Assembly (NCBI GenBank): GCA_963664825.1
Contig: OY761614.1
Location: 736,001 to 800,000, forward strand
From: an uncultured Holophaga sp.
GTDB lineage: Bacteria; Acidobacteriota; Holophagae; Holophagales; Holophagaceae
Direction: 5' to 3'
Length of the DNA stretch: 64,000 nucleotides
Shown: positions 59,145-64,000 of the stretch, piece after piece
Position numbering within the stretch: position 1 is the first letter of the stretch
Layout: every line of letters begins with the position of its first letter
Made by a program: the position numbers and the translations under genes
The notes under the pieces: generated by a model
Told to the model about the DNA's origin: nothing
The model's input: only the letters and a program-made list of their open reading frames with translations
Database searches by the model: none

Positions 59145-59579
59145 TCACCGTCTGAAGGCAAGGGTGAATACGCCGCCTGCAACCAAAAGGATTCCAGTCC
59201 ATTCACGCAGGGATGGGCGTTCGCCAAGAAATATCACAGCGAAAACAGCTACGAGCACCAAACTCAGTTTATCAATAGGCGCGACTTTCGAGGCTTCGCC
59301 AACTTGCAATGCGCGAAAGTAGCAAACCCACGAAGCTCCGGTGGCGAGTCCGGAAAGAGAGAGGAATATCCACGTCTTGGTAGATATAGCGAACGGGTTG
59401 CTCCATTTCCCTGTAGCCCAAACAAAAACGGCTAAAACGAATATAATAATTGCCGTTCGTATGAGCGTTGCAAAATCAGAATCGATACCACGTATGCCTA
59501 TTTTGGCAAAAATAGCCGTAAGTGCAGCGAAGATCGCCGAGAATATGGCCCAGATGAACCAAGACTGTGTGGGAGGCAT
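59145..59579 (-). CDS. Single-domain EamA/DMT-family membrane protein
   Basis: FAALTAIFAKIG, LSGLATGASW.CYFRALQ and VAPIDKLS; visibly AT-richer than its neighbours. Confidence 0.9.
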   Translation of the reverse strand: MPPTQSWFIWAIFSAIFAALTAIFAKIGIRGIDSDFATLIRTAIIIFVLAVFVWATGKWSNPFAISTKTWIFLSLSGLATGASWVCYFRALQVGEASKVAPIDKLSLVLVAVFAVIFLGERPSLREWTGILLVAGGVFTLAFRR

Positions 59580-59618
59580 GTGGCTATTACACCTCAGTCA
59601 TAACCGAACGATTTTAAG

Positions 59619-60107
59619 CTACTTCACCTCTTCCTTGCCTGTTTCCTCTGTCTTCTTTGGCGCCACCGGCACGGCCTTGACCTTAGGCGCTTCAGCGGGG
59701 TTGACGGTCGTCTGATAGGCCTTCCAGGAGGCCTCGGCCTTGGCGCGGATTTCTTCGGCCTTCTTGCGGTGGGCCTCGGCCCGGTGCCGGGCCTCTTCGG
59801 CCGCGTGGCCAGCCTTCTCCGCCTGCTTCAGGGCTTCGGCCTCGGCCTTCTTGTAGCGGGCCTGGCGGACCTTCTCCTGGGTGGCCCGCTGCTTCTGGGC
59901 ACGAGCCTCACCAGCCAGCCTATCGGCCTGGACCGTGCGCTTCTGGAGCTCCCGTTCGCGCCTGGCTTGGCGTTCCGCAGGCGCCACCGCTTTTACCTTG
60001 GACTTGGGGGCCGGGGAGCTCTGGACGGGCTTCGGGGCCTCGGCCTGGGAAGCGGGAACCTGGGCCTCCAGGGAGACCGCGAGCAGGAACATGGCGAAAA
60101 TATTCAT
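59619..60107 (-). CDS. Exported Ala/Lys/Glu-rich coiled-coil protein
   Basis: GGAG SD; MNIFAMFLLAVSLEA signal peptide; low complexity. Confidence 0.7.
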   Translation of the reverse strand: MNIFAMFLLAVSLEAQVPASQAEAPKPVQSSPAPKSKVKAVAPAERQARRERELQKRTVQADRLAGEARAQKQRATQEKVRQARYKKAEAEALKQAEKAGHAAEEARHRAEAHRKKAEEIRAKAEASWKAYQTTVNPAEAPKVKAVPVAPKKTEETGKEEVK

Positions 60108-60336
60108 GGCGACTCCGGGATTTGAACCAGTGTGCGCCGAGCGCCTGCCTCCATGCAAGCCAGCGAACAGGGAGGCAGAGCCTGTCATCCATTCACCGGT
60201 TCCAGAGGCCTCAGGAGCTGAATGTTGGAACCAGTGAGAACTGTGAGGGCAGTGAGAACAGAGAAAAACGGATGAAGTTATTTTGTCGGAGCAGGCTTTC
60301 GGAGAGCACGGGTTTCTTGAGCCGCTTGGAGGGTCC

Positions 60337-60721
60337 ATGATCCAGCAAGATCCCCTCACGGAGCGCATTCTTGGGTGCGCGGTGAAGGTGTCGGCGGGGC
60401 TTGGGCCAGGCTTCATGGAAAAGGTCTATGAGAATGCACTGCTCCATGAGCTTCGCAAAGCCGGACTCGATGCGGAAGCTCAAAAAGGCATTGAAGTCAG
60501 GTACGACGGCATAGTCGTGGGCCAATTCGTCGCAGATGTGCTGGTCGAGCATCGAGTGCTCGTCGAGCTCAAGCCATCAAGGCGCTGGATGAACTCTGTC
60601 TGGCTCAGGCCCTGAACTATCTCCGAGCAACCGGGCTCCCGGTCTGTCTGCTGCTGAACTTGGGACCCCGAAACTCGAGATCCGTCGCTTGGTGCCAAGC
60701 CCCGCCTGGCGCCGGCCTTGA
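60337..60721 (+). pseudogene. GxxExxY protein (PD-(D/E)xK-like) with two single-base frameshifts
   Basis: LGPGFMEKVYENAL and ADVLVE.RVLVELK; continues AIKALDE..AQALNYLRATG...LLN in a second frame and GTPKLEIRRL in a third. Confidence 0.85.
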
Positions 60722-60795
60722 TCTTTCTTTCCAGTATTCTCACCGTCCTCACTGGTAGATCTTTGACCCACGAAAACCCTGCGGCAACCTCCGGT

Positions 60796-62832
60796 TCAGA
60801 AGGCCAGCACGCTCCGGGCGGCGGCCAGGACCTTCTCGGTATTGGGCAGGATGGCCCGCTCCAGGATGCGGTTGAAGCCCACGGGGGTGAAGGTGGAACC
60901 CACCCGCTCCACGGGGGCGTCCAGCCAGGGGAAGCATTCCTTGGAGACCTGGGCGGCCAGTTCGCCGCCGAAGCCGCCGAAGACCTTGTCCTCGTGGGCC
61001 ACCAGCACGCGATGGGTCTTCCGAGCGCTGGCAAAGATCGTCTCGGTGTCCAGGGGCGACAGGCTGCGGAGATCCACCACCTCCACCTCGATGCCCTCTT
61101 TGCTCAGGCGGGAGGCGGCCTCCAGGGCGAAGTGCACGGGGGTGCCGTAGGCGAGGATGGTCAGGTCCTTGCCCTTGCGCCGCACCCGGGCCTTGCCGAA
61201 GGGCACGGCGAAGTCCACGGGGACATGGGTCTTGGCCAGGGCGGAGTTGTAGAGGAACTTGGGTTCCAGGTAGAGGGTCGTCCCCCGGGAGCGCAGGGCC
61301 GTCCGCAGCAGACCCGCGGCGTCATCGGCGAAGGCGGGCACCACGACCCTAATTCCGGGGAGGGTGGTGAGCCAGCCTTCCACGTTCTGGCTGTGGTAGA
61401 GGCCGCCGCCGATGTAGCCGCCGCTGGCCAGGCGGATGGTGATATTGGGGCTGAACTGGCCGTGGGTGCGCCAGTACTCGTGGCTGCATTCCACGATCTG
61501 TTCGGCGGCGGGCCAGACGTAATCGGCGAATTCGGCCCCTTCCACCACCACCCGGATCCTGTCATCGAAGCGGGAGAAACCATTGGCCGTGCCCACGATG
61601 AAGTCCTCGGCGATGGGCGCATTGAAGACCCTCCCCTTGCCGAATTCAAGTTGAAGGCCCTTGGACACATTGAAGATGCCGCCCTTCTCGCCATTGGCCA
61701 TGTCCTGGCCCCAGATAAAGGTGTCCGGGTTATGGCGGAATTCATCCTTCAGGGTCTGGTTCAGGGCGTGGAGGAGGGTGATGGCCTCGCCCTCCTCATG
61801 GTGGAGGCCTTCGGGGAACTTGTCGCTGATCCAGGGTCCGGGCAGCACGAAGTCGAAGATGCTGGCGGGGTCGGGATCCTGGGAGACGATGGCCGTCTCG
61901 GAAGCCGCGTTGTAGCGGGCCAGGTTCTCGGATTCGAGGGCCTCCAGTTCAGGTTCGGAGAGGCCCTGTTCCAGGCAATAGGCCCGGAAGCGAGGCAGGG
62001 GATCCTGGGCCTTGGCCGCGGCCAATTCCTGTGGGTCCCGGTACCAGTCCTGGCGATCCGAATTGGAATGGGCTCCGATGCGCACGCAGAGGGCGTAGAC
62101 CATGGCGGGCCCTTCTCCCGTGCGCACGTGGGCGATGGCCTCCCCCATGGCCCGCAGGCTATCGATCACATCGAGACCATCGCAGGTGAAGATGCGGAGA
62201 TGGGGCAGGCCGGAGAAGTTGTCGCAGAGATGCGCGTTGGCGGCCTGATCGCACTTGGGCACCGATATGCCGTAGCCGTTGTCCTGGATCACGAAGACCA
62301 CGGGCAGTTGTTCCCGGTCGGCCCCCACGATGGCCTCATAGCAATAGCCCTCGGAGAGGCTGGATTCCCCCTGGCTGCTATAGACGATGGCCTCGCTCCG
62401 GTAATACTTGGCGGCTCGGGCCAGTCCCGCGGCGTGCTGCACGTGGTTGCCCGTGAGGCTCGAGACGTTCTGGATGCCGATCTCGGGCTTGGCGAAGTGA
62501 TTGGACATGTGGCGACCGCCCCCGGCCACGTCGTCCTGCTTGGAGATGCCATTGAGGATGATCTCCAGGGGTGTGAGGCCCGCCGCCAGGCAGGTGAGCA
62601 GGTCCCGGTAGTAGGGGAAGAGGTAGTCCTGCCCGGCCCGGAAGCTGAGGCCCAGGGCCAGCTGGATGCCTTCGTGGCCGGCGCAGGGCGCGTGATAAGA
62701 CCATCCGAGGGCCTGTTTGAGGTAATTGGGCGCCTTGTCGTCCAGCACACGGCCCAGATGCATGAGGCCGTACCATCGCTTGAGTTCAGCGCAGTCCGGG
62801 TGCAGCCCTGGGGCGGCGGCCTTCTCCAACAT
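60796..62832 (-). CDS. Fused alpha/beta E1 of a 2-oxoacid (probably branched-chain) dehydrogenase
   Basis: PYYRD, GES..SEG...QDN ThDP motif, HSNSD, FNAPIAE, GGLYHSQ and DLRSLSPLD. Confidence 0.92.
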   Translation of the reverse strand: MLEKAAAPGLHPDCAELKRWYGLMHLGRVLDDKAPNYLKQALGWSYHAPCAGHEGIQLALGLSFRAGQDYLFPYYRDLLTCLAAGLTPLEIILNGISKQDDVAGGGRHMSNHFAKPEIGIQNVSSLTGNHVQHAAGLARAAKYYRSEAIVYSSQGESSLSEGYCYEAIVGADREQLPVVFVIQDNGYGISVPKCDQAANAHLCDNFSGLPHLRIFTCDGLDVIDSLRAMGEAIAHVRTGEGPAMVYALCVRIGAHSNSDRQDWYRDPQELAAAKAQDPLPRFRAYCLEQGLSEPELEALESENLARYNAASETAIVSQDPDPASIFDFVLPGPWISDKFPEGLHHEEGEAITLLHALNQTLKDEFRHNPDTFIWGQDMANGEKGGIFNVSKGLQLEFGKGRVFNAPIAEDFIVGTANGFSRFDDRIRVVVEGAEFADYVWPAAEQIVECSHEYWRTHGQFSPNITIRLASGGYIGGGLYHSQNVEGWLTTLPGIRVVVPAFADDAAGLLRTALRSRGTTLYLEPKFLYNSALAKTHVPVDFAVPFGKARVRRKGKDLTILAYGTPVHFALEAASRLSKEGIEVEVVDLRSLSPLDTETIFASARKTHRVLVAHEDKVFGGFGGELAAQVSKECFPWLDAPVERVGSTFTPVGFNRILERAILPNTEKVLAAARSVLAF

Positions 62833-62887
62833 GGGGATTTCCAAGTCTTGCCTCCCTACCTCTGATGCACTCAAGGGGGGGAAGCGT

Positions 62888-63970
62888 TCACCAGGGATTC
62901 GTGATATCGGCCAAATCCTCCGGGCGCTCCAGCAGGAGATCCCAGACCACCTCGGGAGCCCCGAGTTCCTGGCTGCGCTGCAAGGCCAGGGCGGCCCGCC
63001 GGATCCCATGGGTGAGCACCAGATCGTCCCGATCGGCCTTGTGGATGGGGCTCCAGAGGGTGGCTCCCATGGCCATGGGGCCGAGCCTCAGCAGGATGCG
63101 GTCCAGCAGGATCTGGGCGCCCTTCTGGGCCGTGCGGGGCAGGAGAAGAAGAAATTCCTCCCGTCCCAGGTCCACCAGCAGATCCTCCCCCCGCAGGGCC
63201 TCGGAGATCTCCTGGAGCGCATGCTTGACCTCCCGGTCCAGGGGCATCCGCCAGCGCACCACGGCCATGCACTCGCAGCGGCGGCGCGCCAGGAAGAGAT
63301 TGGCCTTGAGCCAGATATCCAGATAGTGCAGGTTGGGTAGCCGGGAGCCGGGGGCCTCCAGGGCGCTATCCTCCACCACCGCGGTAGTGAGATCCAGGGC
63401 ATCCCGGGTCACCTGGAGTTCGTGCTTGAGCTGTTCGACCTCCAGGGTCTTGCCGAAGAGATTGGCCAGGGCCTTCACCATGGCGACCTCCGCGCGGCTG
63501 AAGGCCTTGGGCCGCCCACTGGTGACGGAAAGCACGCCCCGGATCCGCCCCGCGGGGTCGAGGGAGGCTCCCAGATAGGCCCTCACGCCCAGTTCCCGGG
63601 TGGCGCAGTGATCCTTCCAGGTCGGGTCCGTGGTGGCATCGCGGATCATCAGCGTGCGCCCCGGATGCTCCAGCACATGAGGACAGAAGGTGTGGGCGGG
63701 TTCATGGATGGCCTGGTCCGGCCGCACGCCCTCGGCGGTGGCCCACCAGAAAGCCTCCCAGCCCAGTTCCGTCAGGCGGCTCATCACCGCGCAATCCACC
63801 CCCAGCTGCTGGACCAGCAGCGCTAAGCCATGGTCGAAGAGCTGGGTGGGATTGGGAAAGACCCGGTCTACCAGCTCTCCCAGGGCGTGCAGGTGATTGC
63901 TGGAGAGGCTCCCCCGCACGGAACGTGCGTGCGTGGACGCCGTGCGCGTGCGCTTCGGGAGATCGGTCAT
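62888..63970 (-). CDS. GAF domain plus degenerate GGDEF protein
   Basis: TFCPHV...YLGA.L...GVLSV GAF; GREEF replaces GGEEF and the DxDxFK motif is absent. Confidence 0.8.
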   Translation of the reverse strand: MTDLPKRTRTASTHARSVRGSLSSNHLHALGELVDRVFPNPTQLFDHGLALLVQQLGVDCAVMSRLTELGWEAFWWATAEGVRPDQAIHEPAHTFCPHVLEHPGRTLMIRDATTDPTWKDHCATRELGVRAYLGASLDPAGRIRGVLSVTSGRPKAFSRAEVAMVKALANLFGKTLEVEQLKHELQVTRDALDLTTAVVEDSALEAPGSRLPNLHYLDIWLKANLFLARRRCECMAVVRWRMPLDREVKHALQEISEALRGEDLLVDLGREEFLLLLPRTAQKGAQILLDRILLRLGPMAMGATLWSPIHKADRDDLVLTHGIRRAALALQRSQELGAPEVVWDLLLERPEDLADITNPW

Positions 63971-64000
63971 GGCGGAACCCGTGGAGTGGAGAAAGAATAC

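Overview
GC-rich bacterial chromosome segment. The gene style suggests Acidobacteriota/Holophagales, which is unverified. The left arm carries a MarR-AcrA-AcrB-OprM efflux operon, a DUF2461 gene and an rsgA-RNHCP pair with a structured uORF leader. Positions ~9.37-23.7 kb form an accessory zone around tRNA-Ser(CGA). It holds three co-oriented right ends of related Mu-like transposable phages (9374, 12181, 18766), fragments of IS1634, IS21 and IS256, a repeat-containing hybrid kinase, and a packaging-gene remnant whose portal is fused in frame to a Hint domain. It also holds a precisely bounded 4,941-bp mini-Mu (18766-23706, TG..CA, 5-bp CAGAC duplication) that keeps repressor, ner, capsid and head-completion genes but no transposase. 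Further right are a GGDEF-hemerythrin gene whose stop codon was destroyed by the mini-Mu, tadA, and a carA gene cut in three by IS66 and ISL3 behind a candidate leader-peptide attenuator. The rest is intact carB, rpsA, a cold-shock gene with a candidate pseudoknot 5'UTR, peptide-utilisation and housekeeping genes, a frameshifted GxxExxY gene with related palindromic repeats, and a fused 2-oxoacid dehydrogenase E1. All calls are by eye; no database searches were run.
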